From the NCBI RefSeq assembly GCF_000354175.2, contig NC_022359.1:1380001-1412000 (forward strand): DNA of 32,000 nt, in the 5' to 3' direction. This DNA comes from Vibrio alginolyticus NBRC 15630 = ATCC 17749. GTDB taxonomy: Bacteria > Pseudomonadota > Gammaproteobacteria > Enterobacterales > Vibrionaceae. Numbering within the stretch: position 1 is the first letter of the stretch; each line of letters opens with the position of its first letter. The position numbers and the translations under genes were made by a program. Positions 8,943 through 17,345 of the stretch are shown piece by piece. Below the pieces are notes generated by a model. That model ran no database searches. It worked only from the letters and a program-made list of their open reading frames with translations, and was not told the DNA's origin.

Positions 8943-10103
8943 GTGGAAAACACAGTCGTTCCTGCAGCATCACCACGAGTTACAGTTCCAGTCGTCGCAC
9001 TGTCTCTTTATGCGGTGGCTTCGGGCTATTTAATGAGCTTGATCCCTCTCATGCTCGGTGAATACAACATCTCAGCAGATTACGCGAGTTGGTTGGCGAG
9101 TGTGTTTTATGGCGGCTTATTAACCGGTGCTATTTTTATTGAACGTATCGTACGTCAAGTTGGTCACCGTAACGCGTTTATTGGTTGCTTGGCCGTATTT
9201 TCGCTAACTATCGTCACACTACCCGTGTTTGCTAACGGATTGATGTGGCTTGCCGCTCGCTTTATTGCGGGTATCGCGGTTGCTGGTGTTTTTGTCATTG
9301 TTGAATCTTGGCTAATGTCTGGAGACGAAGCATCGCGTGCGAGACGTTTGAGCTTGTACATGCTATCGCTTTATGGTGGTTCAGCATTAGGCCAGTTTGG
9401 TATTGGCGTGCTTGGCGTAAGTGGCGGCGTTCCGTTTATTGCGATCACGACGTTGATCCTAATGGCGATGCTGGTGCTAATGTTCATTGAGTGTGAGCAG
9501 CCAAACAGCCATGAATCAACCGCTTTATCATTTAAGCAAATTGCCAAACTAAACCATGCAGCAATTATTGGTTGTGTTGTTTCAGGTTTGACCTTAGGTG
9601 CGATCTACGGATTAATGCCAGTTGAGTTAACTAACCGTAAAATTAGCCATCAAGACATTGGTACATTGATGGCGCTAGTGATTCTAGGTGGCATGCTAGT
9701 TCAACCAATGGTGACCGCGTTAAACAAATACATGAGCCGCACAGTGCTAATGGCGTTTTTCTGTATTTTGGGTATTTTTTCGATCGGTATGACGTTTATT
9801 TCCTCGTCAGCCGTGGTATTGGCTGCTGCATTATTCTTTTTAGGTGCAGCTACTTTTGCCTTGTACCCGATTGCAATCAACTTAGGTTGCGAAGGACTTG
9901 ATGAACGCTTTATTGTCTCTGCGACACAAGTCATGCTGTTTAGCTACAGCATCGGCTCTGTTGCTGGTCCTGTTGTCGCTGATAAATTTATGGGCCAAGA
10001 ACACGGCTTGCTAGGCTACTTGTTTGCCGCTTTGGTTGCGACGGGCGTATACATGCTACTTGCTGCGAGCAAAACCAAGCAGCGTATGGCCGCTGGCCTC
10101 TAA
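8943..10103 (+). CDS. MFS transporter (12-TM type, substrate unknown)
   Basis: 386-aa highly hydrophobic ORF with a GTG start. It shows repeated TM helices and an MFS-like loop GHRNAFIG. No strong RBS is visible, so the start is uncertain. Confidence 0.75.
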   Translation: MENTVVPAASPRVTVPVVALSLYAVASGYLMSLIPLMLGEYNISADYASWLASVFYGGLLTGAIFIERIVRQVGHRNAFIGCLAVFSLTIVTLPVFANGLMWLAARFIAGIAVAGVFVIVESWLMSGDEASRARRLSLYMLSLYGGSALGQFGIGVLGVSGGVPFIAITTLILMAMLVLMFIECEQPNSHESTALSFKQIAKLNHAAIIGCVVSGLTLGAIYGLMPVELTNRKISHQDIGTLMALVILGGMLVQPMVTALNKYMSRTVLMAFFCILGIFSIGMTFISSSAVVLAAALFFLGAATFALYPIAINLGCEGLDERFIVSATQVMLFSYSIGSVAGPVVADKFMGQEHGLLGYLFAALVATGVYMLLAASKTKQRMAAGL

Positions 10104-10126
10104 CCACGCCGCTTCTACTCAACGAA

Positions 10127-10154
10127 AACGAGGGCATGTCGCCCTCGTTTTTTT
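10127..10154 (+). terminator. Rho-independent terminator of the MFS gene, abutting the stop of the convergent ygbA-like gene
   Basis: 9-bp stem AACGAGGGC/GCCCTCGTT with a 5-nt loop, followed by TTTTTTT. Confidence 0.8.
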
Positions 10155-10542
10155 ATTCTTCGCATTTTTGTTTAGATAAACGCTTGTGACGGTTTGACGC
10201 GTTCGCTGCAGGCTTTTCCGGTACCATTCGCTTTTCATGAAGCAAATGACGAACCGCCAAGATGGGATGTTTCAGTAACATTCTGGGGCCAGAGTAACGC
10301 ATGACCAAACGCATTTGTTCTTTCGGCTCTGGTTTGTAGCAGTGAATCGGACATTTATTACACGTCGGTTTATTCTCTCCATAAGGACAGCGGTCGAGGC
10401 GCACTTCTGCGTATTCAAGCAGCTCACGACATTCTGAGCATAAGTCACGTTTTGTTCCATGATGGTCATGACAGTAAACCTCTACCATGGCTTTTACTGT
10501 CTTAAATTCAGTGGCGAGTTTGCCAAGTAAAATATCGCTCAT
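10153..10542 (-). CDS. ygbA: Cys-rich YgbA-like protein (nitrous oxide-stimulated promoter family)
   Basis: 129-aa ORF with the pattern HH..LCSECRELLEYAEVRLDRCPYGENKPTCNKCPIHCYKP...MRYSGPRM, as recalled for the YgbA/PF11756 family. Confidence 0.7.
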   Translation of the reverse strand: MSDILLGKLATEFKTVKAMVEVYCHDHHGTKRDLCSECRELLEYAEVRLDRCPYGENKPTCNKCPIHCYKPEPKEQMRLVMRYSGPRMLLKHPILAVRHLLHEKRMVPEKPAANASNRHKRLSKQKCEE

Positions 10543-10556
10543 GCGCTATCCAAAAA

Positions 10557-11066
10557 TCACAACATCATTGTGTAAAGTTCTAACGTGCGGCCATTATCAT
10601 ATTGCTGCTCAACTCGTTCAAACTCAAAGCCCAGTTTTTTGAGCAAACTTATACTACGAATATTGTCATTGTTGGTGATGGCAACCAAATTATCGAGTTT
10701 CATTTCCTCTCTAGCGTATTCCAGCACTGCGGTTGCAGACTCCGTTCCGTAGCCGTAGCCATAAGCGGAAGGTAAAAATCCATATCCGAGATCATAGTGT
10801 TGTAATGTGTCACGTTTAACCAACCCACAAATCCCGATGGGTTGCCCATCTTCTTTCTTCTCTACAACGAGTAAACTCACGCCTTTAATTTGTTGCATGC
10901 GTAGCATGTTTTCTTTTATGTAACGCGCCGCTTCATATTCGGTACGAATTTGTTTGTCTCCGACAAAACGGTAGAAGTCTGGGTGGTTATAAAGTTCTAG
11001 TATAAATGGTGCATCATCTACACTCACAAGACGCAGTATCAAACGTTCGGTGTACAGTGTTTTCAT
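10557..11066 (-). CDS. GNAT family N-acetyltransferase (RimJ/RimL-like)
   Basis: I prefer the start at ATG 11066 (MKTLYTERLILR), which has GGAG 6 nt upstream. The acetyl-CoA motif region is GICGLV...GYGFLPSAYGYGYGTE. The stop lies 14 nt before the ygbA-like start, so the two are likely co-transcribed. Confidence 0.8.
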   Translation of the reverse strand: MKTLYTERLILRLVSVDDAPFILELYNHPDFYRFVGDKQIRTEYEAARYIKENMLRMQQIKGVSLLVVEKKEDGQPIGICGLVKRDTLQHYDLGYGFLPSAYGYGYGTESATAVLEYAREEMKLDNLVAITNNDNIRSISLLKKLGFEFERVEQQYDNGRTLELYTMML

Positions 11067-11202
11067 TTGGGCTCCATTAAAACGCGATAGATGATTGGAC
11101 ATAGGAACGTACTTGAATTTTGCGACCGATACCGGCGCTTATTTAGTTGTAACTTGATAAAAAAGTAACTATCCTGCCTCGCTAAATTAAAGGACCACCA
11201 CC

Positions 11203-11394
11203 ATGAACCGCAAGAAGAAAATCAATCAGATCTTGAAAGCGAAGCAGAAGAAGCATAATGCTAAGCTACATAAGAGCAATAAGCCGCGTTATATCTCCAA
11301 AGCTGAACGCGCGAAAATGGAAGCTGAAGAACAAAACCAAGCTTCAGAACACACGGAAAACGTTGTAGACACAGCGCAGACAGATCAAGCCTAA
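11203..11394 (+). CDS. Small lysine-rich basic protein (63 aa), function unknown
   Basis: The ORF has AGGACCACCACC upstream of the ATG and a strong terminator directly after it. It resembles the small basic DUF2986-type proteins of vibrios, from memory and unverified. Confidence 0.5.
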   Translation: MNRKKKINQILKAKQKKHNAKLHKSNKPRYISKAERAKMEAEEQNQASEHTENVVDTAQTDQA

Positions 11395-11397
11395 AAG

Positions 11398-11422
11398 AAA
11401 AGCCGCTTCAAGCGGCTTTTTT
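11398..11422. terminator. Bidirectional rho-independent terminator between the small basic protein gene and the TonB-dependent receptor gene
   Basis: Stem AAAAGCCGCT/AGCGGCTTTT with loop TCA. It is flanked by an A-run upstream and a T-run downstream, so it can work on both strands. Confidence 0.8.
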
Positions 11423-11443
11423 GATATTCGGAGATAGTTAGCT

Positions 11444-13615
11444 TTAGTATTCGACACTGTAGTTCAGTGTGAATGTGCGACCTCTTCCTTTGTAGTCGTA
11501 CGCTGCAGCATCGTAGTGTGCTGCATAAAGAATCTGCGCACGTTGTCCCCAAGCGGTTGTGTAGTCTTCGTCAAATAGGTTTTGAATACCAAAACCTAAC
11601 TGCCCGATAGGTAGTGTTACGTTACCAAGAAGATCAAACGTAGTGTATCCATCTAGTTTATTGTTTGCGTCATCTTCGTAATCAAACATCGTCTGGCTTT
11701 GTAAACGTACTGAATAGCCATCCTGATAGTAAGCCGCCCACGCGTTCGCTTTTGATGTACTTGCTTTACCCGCGCTTAGATCTTCCCACTTACCGTTGGT
11801 TTTCAGCTCAGAAACCACATAGTGACCTGATGCACCTAACAAAATATCACGGTTTACCCAGTAGTTAATGTTTGCTTCGGCACCGTATACACGTTGCTCG
11901 TCATCAACATTGGTGATTAGGAGCGTCTTCTTGTCATACTTGATTGAGTTATCCGAAACCGAGTAGTAACCCGCCGCTTGCAGTGCGACAGTATCCGTAT
12001 CTAATCGGTAACCAATTTCATAGCTGTCCGTTTTGATGCCCGACATTTTTGAGTCAGATACATTAATGCTATTGTTCAACGCGTAGTGACCATTTGCATC
12101 CGCGGCATCGTAGCTACCTTGGCCGTAGTACTTTGCAGGATCAGCGAGTTCGAAACCTTGAGAGAAGTTCGCCCAAAGCTGAGATTCATCGTTAAGCTGA
12201 TAAATAGTGCCCAAATTAAATAAGCTCACAGAGTAGTCAGTGCTGCCACCTGGTACCGCATCCGCTGATACACCATTACCCGATGCGATCTTCTTTTGTA
12301 TACTATAGGCAACAAAATCATCAATCTTATTGTCCATGTATTGGTAGCGGTAGCCTGCTTGTACTGACCAATCTTGATTGATTTGGTAATCCCCTTGGAC
12401 AAATATTGCGTAAGACGCCACATCAACATCTGGGTAACGCCCCACTTCGGCATAGGTTCGATTAATTAAGTTCCCAGAGCTGTTCGCAATGGTTGGATCG
12501 AACAGAGCCTGGTTACTTTCAAAACGGTCTAAGTACGCATCGACACCATAAACAAGTTTGAATGACTCCCAGCTTTTAGCTAACGCTAAGCGCCCAGCAA
12601 AAACTTCTGTTTTTTGTTGAGAGGCACTTTGGTAATAAGGAGTAAAGGTTTGGTCTTCACTACGGTAAGATAACTCGCCTATCAGTTGATGACCGAATAC
12701 GCTGTCGTGAGCGTAGTTCGCACTTAAGAAAACTCGCTCTGTACCATGTTCACGGTCGGAATCGAACCCCTCTCGTACATCTACAAATTTATTGTTAACA
12801 ATGTACAAACCGTATGGCGAATCTTGCTGGCTGTCATAGTATTGTGCGACAAGGTTTAACTTGCCGGCATCGGAGATTTGAATCTCGGTCGATCCCATAA
12901 CATCGAGCGTTGAATTATACTGCAAGGAGCCCTGTGAAATGTCTGGGGTGACAATGTCGCCATTTGCGTCAAATGCACCTTGTGTCTCGGTGTACACAAC
13001 CGAACCTCTAGCGGTAATTCGCTCATTACCACCCGAGATAGACTGAGCGAGTTTGTAATCAAAGTCATCGCTGCTATTAAAGCCTGTAGTGCCACTCACG
13101 TAGGATTCAAACGACAAGTCATCCGAGTACGCTTTCTTGGTGATAATGTTAATAACACCACCAGTAGCGCCTGCACCATAAATGGAGGTTGCACCAGATA
13201 GTACTTCAATTCGCTCGATGTTGAATGGGTCTATTGCGTCTAACTGACGACTAATCGGGCGAGAAGACTGTAACGAGACACCATCAATCATTACCAACAT
13301 TGCTCTACCGCGAAGGTTCTGACCATAATTAGTTCGACCACCGGTGCCGACGTCTAAAGAAGGGATGGTTGCAGATAGAATATCACCCAGTGTCTTGCCC
13401 GCACGATATTGCTGAGCAATCTCTTCTTGGCCAACAAACCAAACCGTTCCTGGAATATCGGAGATCGATTTCGGCATCACACTGCCTACAACAACCAATT
13501 GCTCATCGCTCGGAGTCGATGTTTGTTGAAGATCTTCTGCTGCTATTGAGCTAACTGCGTATCCACTGCTCATCGCAAGTACGATGAGATTGAAAGAAAA
13601 CGTCCTTTTCATCAT
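11444..13615 (-). CDS. iutA: TonB-dependent ferric-siderophore outer-membrane receptor, IutA (aerobactin receptor)-like
   Basis: I place the start at MMKRTFSF (ATG 13615 or 13612), giving the signal peptide ...SSIAA/EDL. A TonB-box-like EQLVVVG is present. The plug motifs and the C-terminus FDEDYTTAWGQRA...YDYKGRGRTFTLNYSVEY closely parallel my recollection of E. coli IutA. Confidence 0.85.
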   Translation of the reverse strand: MMKRTFSFNLIVLAMSSGYAVSSIAAEDLQQTSTPSDEQLVVVGSVMPKSISDIPGTVWFVGQEEIAQQYRAGKTLGDILSATIPSLDVGTGGRTNYGQNLRGRAMLVMIDGVSLQSSRPISRQLDAIDPFNIERIEVLSGATSIYGAGATGGVINIITKKAYSDDLSFESYVSGTTGFNSSDDFDYKLAQSISGGNERITARGSVVYTETQGAFDANGDIVTPDISQGSLQYNSTLDVMGSTEIQISDAGKLNLVAQYYDSQQDSPYGLYIVNNKFVDVREGFDSDREHGTERVFLSANYAHDSVFGHQLIGELSYRSEDQTFTPYYQSASQQKTEVFAGRLALAKSWESFKLVYGVDAYLDRFESNQALFDPTIANSSGNLINRTYAEVGRYPDVDVASYAIFVQGDYQINQDWSVQAGYRYQYMDNKIDDFVAYSIQKKIASGNGVSADAVPGGSTDYSVSLFNLGTIYQLNDESQLWANFSQGFELADPAKYYGQGSYDAADANGHYALNNSINVSDSKMSGIKTDSYEIGYRLDTDTVALQAAGYYSVSDNSIKYDKKTLLITNVDDEQRVYGAEANINYWVNRDILLGASGHYVVSELKTNGKWEDLSAGKASTSKANAWAAYYQDGYSVRLQSQTMFDYEDDANNKLDGYTTFDLLGNVTLPIGQLGFGIQNLFDEDYTTAWGQRAQILYAAHYDAAAYDYKGRGRTFTLNYSVEY

Positions 13616-13646
13616 TGTATTTATCTTTTTGTTGTCAACAAGAGCA

Positions 13647-13665
13647 TGCAATGATACTTATTCTC
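13647..13665 (-). promoter_or_regulatory. Fur-box-like sequence upstream of the receptor gene
   Basis: TGCAATGATACTTATTCTC matches the 19-bp Fur consensus GATAATGATAATCATTATC at 13/19 positions by hand alignment. It lies about 32 nt upstream of the preferred start codon. Confidence 0.45.
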
Positions 13666-13704
13666 ACTCTCAAATCGAGCACTGTTACACAAGTTAAATA
13701 AATG

Positions 13705-14442
13705 TTAATTAAGAACCTTCTTGCTCATAAGTTGTCGATTTTCCTCTAAACGAGGACAATCTGCACAAAGCTTTCTGCCTTCACACTTATAGACTAAACA
13801 ACAACTTTTTCTTACTAACTTTAGCGGCTGATCAGATCCCGTCTCATGAAGTGAGCGGCTATTATCAACATCCAAACCCATTGCGCTTAGCCACAAGACC
13901 GCATGCTCCTGAAGTGTCGAGTTAGTCATTTGCGGAAAGCGCTGTTGGAGACGAATTAAACAAGCCATGATTCCGTCCGACATCAATTGATGGGTGAAGC
14001 CAGGACGAATGCGTGTCCATTGACTCATCTCTTGTTGATAGAAGTCGAACAGTTCTCGGATTTGACGCCCCGCCTCTTTTATCAACGCTTCTGGCTCGCC
14101 ATGTATATGCGCTTCGTCGGCGAATCGGTACCCAGAAACAAAACAAGGTTTGAGGTGCTGCGCTATCTCGCGAATGTTTGGCAACGTGTGGTAACCGTAA
14201 ATAGAGATGAATGCGACATAAACTGGCTGCCAACAAAGTAAATCCCACGTTCTTGTCAACCAATATGCTTTTCCCGCTTCCGGATGAGCCTCCGAGATTT
14301 GCTGGTAAAGGCCTTGGATGATCGGGTTGATATCATTCTCGATATGGATAGCTTCTTGCCCTATCTCGCCGATATCACCGTGTAGGTAAGGTGTAATCTC
14401 ACTCGAAGTTTGAAACAGTTGCGGGAAAAATTGCTCAGACAT
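13705..14442 (-). CDS. fhuF: Siderophore-iron reductase, FhuF-like (2Fe-2S)
   Basis: 245-aa ORF. The C-terminal CCLVYKCEGRKLCADC fits the FhuF-type C-C-x10-C-x2-C cluster motif exactly. The gene sits directly upstream of the receptor gene on the same strand. Confidence 0.8.
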   Translation of the reverse strand: MSEQFFPQLFQTSSEITPYLHGDIGEIGQEAIHIENDINPIIQGLYQQISEAHPEAGKAYWLTRTWDLLCWQPVYVAFISIYGYHTLPNIREIAQHLKPCFVSGYRFADEAHIHGEPEALIKEAGRQIRELFDFYQQEMSQWTRIRPGFTHQLMSDGIMACLIRLQQRFPQMTNSTLQEHAVLWLSAMGLDVDNSRSLHETGSDQPLKLVRKSCCLVYKCEGRKLCADCPRLEENRQLMSKKVLN

Positions 14443-14495
14443 GATGGCTTATTGTTGGTGTAGTCATTCTGACACCTTTATACCCAAGCACCAAT

Positions 14496-14514
14496 CGTAA
14501 TGCAAACTATTATC
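14496..14514 (-). promoter_or_regulatory. Fur-box-like sequence upstream of the fhuF-like gene
   Basis: On the minus strand, GATAATAGTTTGCATTACG matches the Fur consensus at 12/19 positions by hand alignment. It lies about 55-70 nt upstream of the ATG at 14442. Confidence 0.4.
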
Positions 14515-14861
14515 CTTTGCGTTTTCATAACAAAGAAGCACTCTTAGGGTTAGTTATGAATGTATTTCCGAGTTCTGTGAAGCTGTAAGGTCTGGTTACG
14601 TATGCGATGAATAGCAACAAACTCTTAAACCTCTTCGCATTTAACGCTCACATGATCGCAAAAATACACAGCATAAAAACACCCTGATAAAACTGTGTTA
14701 ACAGTTTCCCTGTGTAGCGTGAGTTATTGCCAATAATTGAATATTGCTGTTTCTTATCCAGCGGATTGTGAACAACATGAAGTATTTTCTTTCTGAATAT
14801 CGAGACAATACAAAGAGGTAATTTGGCTATGTAGCCCTCTGTTTTGAATAAGGAAATCCAC

Positions 14862-16193
14862 ATGTTGTATCTTGAGTTTCTATTTTTGCTCGTGATGCTG
14901 TATATCGGCTCACGTTATGGTGGTATCGGCCTTGGGGTCGTATCCGGAATTGGCTTGGTGATTGAAGTCTTCATCTTTAAGATGCCGCCAACCTCTCCTC
15001 CTGTCACCGTTATGTTGATCATTTTAGCGGTGGTAACATGTGCTTCCATTCTTGAAGCCGCCGGCGGTTTGAAATACATGCTGCAAGTTGCCGAGCGTGT
15101 GCTTCGTAAGAACCCAAAACGCGTCACCCTTATTGCTCCGTTCGTGACTTACTTTATGACCTTCCTACTTGGTACAGGTCACGCGGTTTACTCTATCATG
15201 CCAATCATTGGCGACGTTGCGCTTAAAAACGGCATTCGTCCAGAGCGTCCTATGGCTGCCGCTTCTGTCGCGTCTCAAATCGCAATCACAGCCTCGCCAA
15301 TTTCAGCGGCCGTAGTTTACTACTTGGCGCAACTCTCTGATATTCAACACGAGATCACTCTGCTCTCAATTTTGCTCGTTACTGTGCCTGCAACCTTATT
15401 CGGTACGTTGTTGATGTCACTTTACAGCCTAAAGCGTGGTAAAGAGCTAGACGACGATAAAGAATACCAAGAGCGTTTGAAAGATCCTGTGTGGCGCGAA
15501 AAGATCCTCAACACAACTGCAACGTCTCTTGATGAAGTACTACCAACAAGTGCTCGTAACTCTGTATTGCTGTTCATTGCTTCTATCTTGGTTATCGTCG
15601 TTATCGCGATGTGGCCAGACATTCGTACCATCGTAGATGGCTCGAAGCCAATCAGCATGGCAGTTGTGATTCAAATGATGATGCTCTGCTTCGGCGGTAT
15701 CATTTTGCTTGCGACCAAAACTGACCCGCGTGACGTACCAAATGGGGTGGTATTTAAATCTGGTATGGTGGCGGCGATTGCTATCTTCGGTATTGCATGG
15801 ATGTCAGATACCTACTTTCAGTACGCTATGCCTCAATTTAAATCTGGCATCGTAGAGATGGTAACCAACTATCCTTGGACATTCGCGCTTGCGTTATTCA
15901 TTGTGTCGGTTGTGGTGAACTCTCAAGCTGCAACGGCTCGCATGATGCTGCCTGTTGGTCTCGGCTTAGGTTTGGAACCTGCGCTGCTTATCGGCTTGAT
16001 GCCAGCGGTATATGGCTACTTCTTTATTCCCAACTACCCTTCAGATATCGCGACTGTGAACTTCGATACCTCGGGCACAACTAAGATTGGTAAGTGGTAC
16101 TTCAACCACTCATTCATGTCTGTGGGCTTAATCGGCGTGATTGGTGCATGTTGCTTGGGTTACTTGCTAGGGCAAATGATCATTCCTTCGTAA
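14862..16193 (+). CDS. Anaerobic C4-dicarboxylate transporter, DcuA/DcuB family
   Basis: I prefer the start at ATG 14862, with AAGGAA 7 nt upstream. The sequence MLYLEFLFLLVMLYIGSRYGGIGLG, RKNPKRVTLIAPFVTYF, IRPERPMAA and SQIAITASPISAAVVY resemble E. coli DcuA/DcuB. Confidence 0.9.
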   Translation: MLYLEFLFLLVMLYIGSRYGGIGLGVVSGIGLVIEVFIFKMPPTSPPVTVMLIILAVVTCASILEAAGGLKYMLQVAERVLRKNPKRVTLIAPFVTYFMTFLLGTGHAVYSIMPIIGDVALKNGIRPERPMAAASVASQIAITASPISAAVVYYLAQLSDIQHEITLLSILLVTVPATLFGTLLMSLYSLKRGKELDDDKEYQERLKDPVWREKILNTTATSLDEVLPTSARNSVLLFIASILVIVVIAMWPDIRTIVDGSKPISMAVVIQMMMLCFGGIILLATKTDPRDVPNGVVFKSGMVAAIAIFGIAWMSDTYFQYAMPQFKSGIVEMVTNYPWTFALALFIVSVVVNSQAATARMMLPVGLGLGLEPALLIGLMPAVYGYFFIPNYPSDIATVNFDTSGTTKIGKWYFNHSFMSVGLIGVIGACCLGYLLGQMIIPS

Positions 16194-16217
16194 CTAGCCA
16201 AATCAACGATAAATTAG

Positions 16218-16270
16218 AGGCGAGTCATTGTACGTTTTCGTACAGCCTGAGTGACTCGCCTTTCTTTATT
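16218..16270 (+). terminator. Compound stem-loop terminator after the dcu gene
   Basis: The outer 10-bp stem AGGCGAGTCA/TGACTCGCCT encloses an inner hairpin TGTACG-TTTT-CGTACA. It is followed by TTTCTTTATT. Confidence 0.65.
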
Positions 16271-16280
16271 GCACTATTAA

Positions 16281-16769
16281 CTACAGCAAGAAATCGTCAT
16301 CAATCGCGACAAAATTGTCGGCACAATCAATCAGAGTTTGAGATGTAAGTTTAGGTACACCATAAACGGTCACCGTTTTATTGAAGCGCTGCTGAATTCT
16401 CTCTACTAGCAGACTAAAGTCTCCATCTCCCGAAACTAGAATCACTTCCTCAACTTCGGGAGCAATTTCAATTGCATCGAGAGTAATACCCACATCCCAA
16501 TCGCCTTTCGAGCTGCCATCACGACGCTGGATGTAGGGTTTAAGCATCACCTCAAATCCAACACCGCGTAAAATGTGATGAAACTGACGTTGTTTTGGAT
16601 CGTTACTCGCGATGGCATAAGCACGAGCACTTACCACCTCTTTCCCTTGTGTGGCGACATACCAAAACTGGTTGTAATCAAAATTGCTTCGATACGCTTC
16701 GCGACAGGTGTAATACACATTCTGTACATCAACCAAAATGGCGATTTTTTGTTTGCTTTCCGAACTCAT
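16281..16769 (-). CDS. NYN-domain (LabA-like, PIN-related) protein, predicted RNase-fold
   Basis: 162-aa ORF. IAILVDVQNVYY near the N-terminus and ILVSGDGDFSLLVERIQ are typical of NYN/DUF88 domains. Confidence 0.75.
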   Translation of the reverse strand: MSSESKQKIAILVDVQNVYYTCREAYRSNFDYNQFWYVATQGKEVVSARAYAIASNDPKQRQFHHILRGVGFEVMLKPYIQRRDGSSKGDWDVGITLDAIEIAPEVEEVILVSGDGDFSLLVERIQQRFNKTVTVYGVPKLTSQTLIDCADNFVAIDDDFLL

Positions 16770-16888
16770 CTATTTCTACGCTCAATTTATTTGCTGCCTA
16801 CCCTATGTCAGTTTTGGAAAAAGCACAATGAGCCAATTCCACTAAACTTAACGTATAAAAAGTTATTTGGGTTTCTAGGGGAACTGTC

Positions 16889-17329
16889 ATGGGCGGAAAG
16901 TTACTAGTGATACTGCTTTCTTGTATCTTGTCATCGACAGCATTTGGTTATCCAGCGCACTCCAAATACTGGCCACATAGAAGTGTGCTCTACTTTGCGC
17001 CGGAAAATGATGAATACGTCAAACAATTCTTGCTAGAAACACTTATGAATGAGTGTGAGTTGGAAGACAGAGATGTCGTCACACTGGTCATTACAGAACA
17101 AGGTTATACTTTTCCTGCTTGGCTTAAAGAAGAGTTCGACCTAAAAATGCTAGCTCGTCTTTATGCGGTCGAAAAAGGTTCTCATACTGCTATTTTGCTT
17201 GGTAAAGATGGTCTAGAAAAGCACCGTTGGGGCGCAGAAACAGACTGGCCGTTTATCAACAACCTCATTGATCAAATGCCTATGCGTAAGCAAGAAATGC
17301 AGAGGCAACAAAGCCCCTGTAAAATATAG
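16889..17329 (+). CDS. DUF4174 family secreted protein
   Basis: 146-aa ORF with the signal peptide MGGKLLVILLSCILSSTAFG. The pattern RSVLYFAP...ILLGKDGLEKHRW...LIDQMPMRKQE matches the DUF4174 pattern as I recall it. Confidence 0.65.
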   Translation: MGGKLLVILLSCILSSTAFGYPAHSKYWPHRSVLYFAPENDEYVKQFLLETLMNECELEDRDVVTLVITEQGYTFPAWLKEEFDLKMLARLYAVEKGSHTAILLGKDGLEKHRWGAETDWPFINNLIDQMPMRKQEMQRQQSPCKI

Positions 17330-17345
17330 TCACTTCTGGGCAGTA

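Noticed and set aside
10543-11202. NsrR-type operator upstream of the GNAT/ygbA-like genes
   Set aside because: I scanned by eye for an AAGATG...CATCTT-like palindrome and found none. No regulatory site is claimed.
11665-13554. Five short ORFs within or antisense to the TonB-dependent receptor gene
   Set aside because: They are embedded in a 2.2-kb CDS with clear family motifs. None has an RBS or a recognisable domain.
13616-13651. N-terminal extension of the receptor ORF (MHALVDNKKINT...) given by the ORF track
   Set aside because: The extension would start inside the Fur-box-like promoter sequence and precede the obvious signal peptide MMKRTFSF. The downstream ATG pair at 13615/13612 is preferred.
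14648-14863. 71-aa ORF on the minus strand in the fhuF/dcu intergenic region
   Set aside because: It has no RBS, it overlaps the dcu RBS and start region, and it has an odd composition. The region is better explained as divergent promoter DNA.
16094-16348. 84-aa ORF spanning the dcu 3' end, the terminator hairpin and the NYN gene 3' end
   Set aside because: It crosses a strong terminator structure and overlaps two supported genes in other frames.
17330-17345. Terminator between the convergent DUF4174 and cobA genes
   Set aside because: Only 16 nt separate the two stops and they contain no inverted repeat. No terminator can be supported, and the transcripts may simply overlap.
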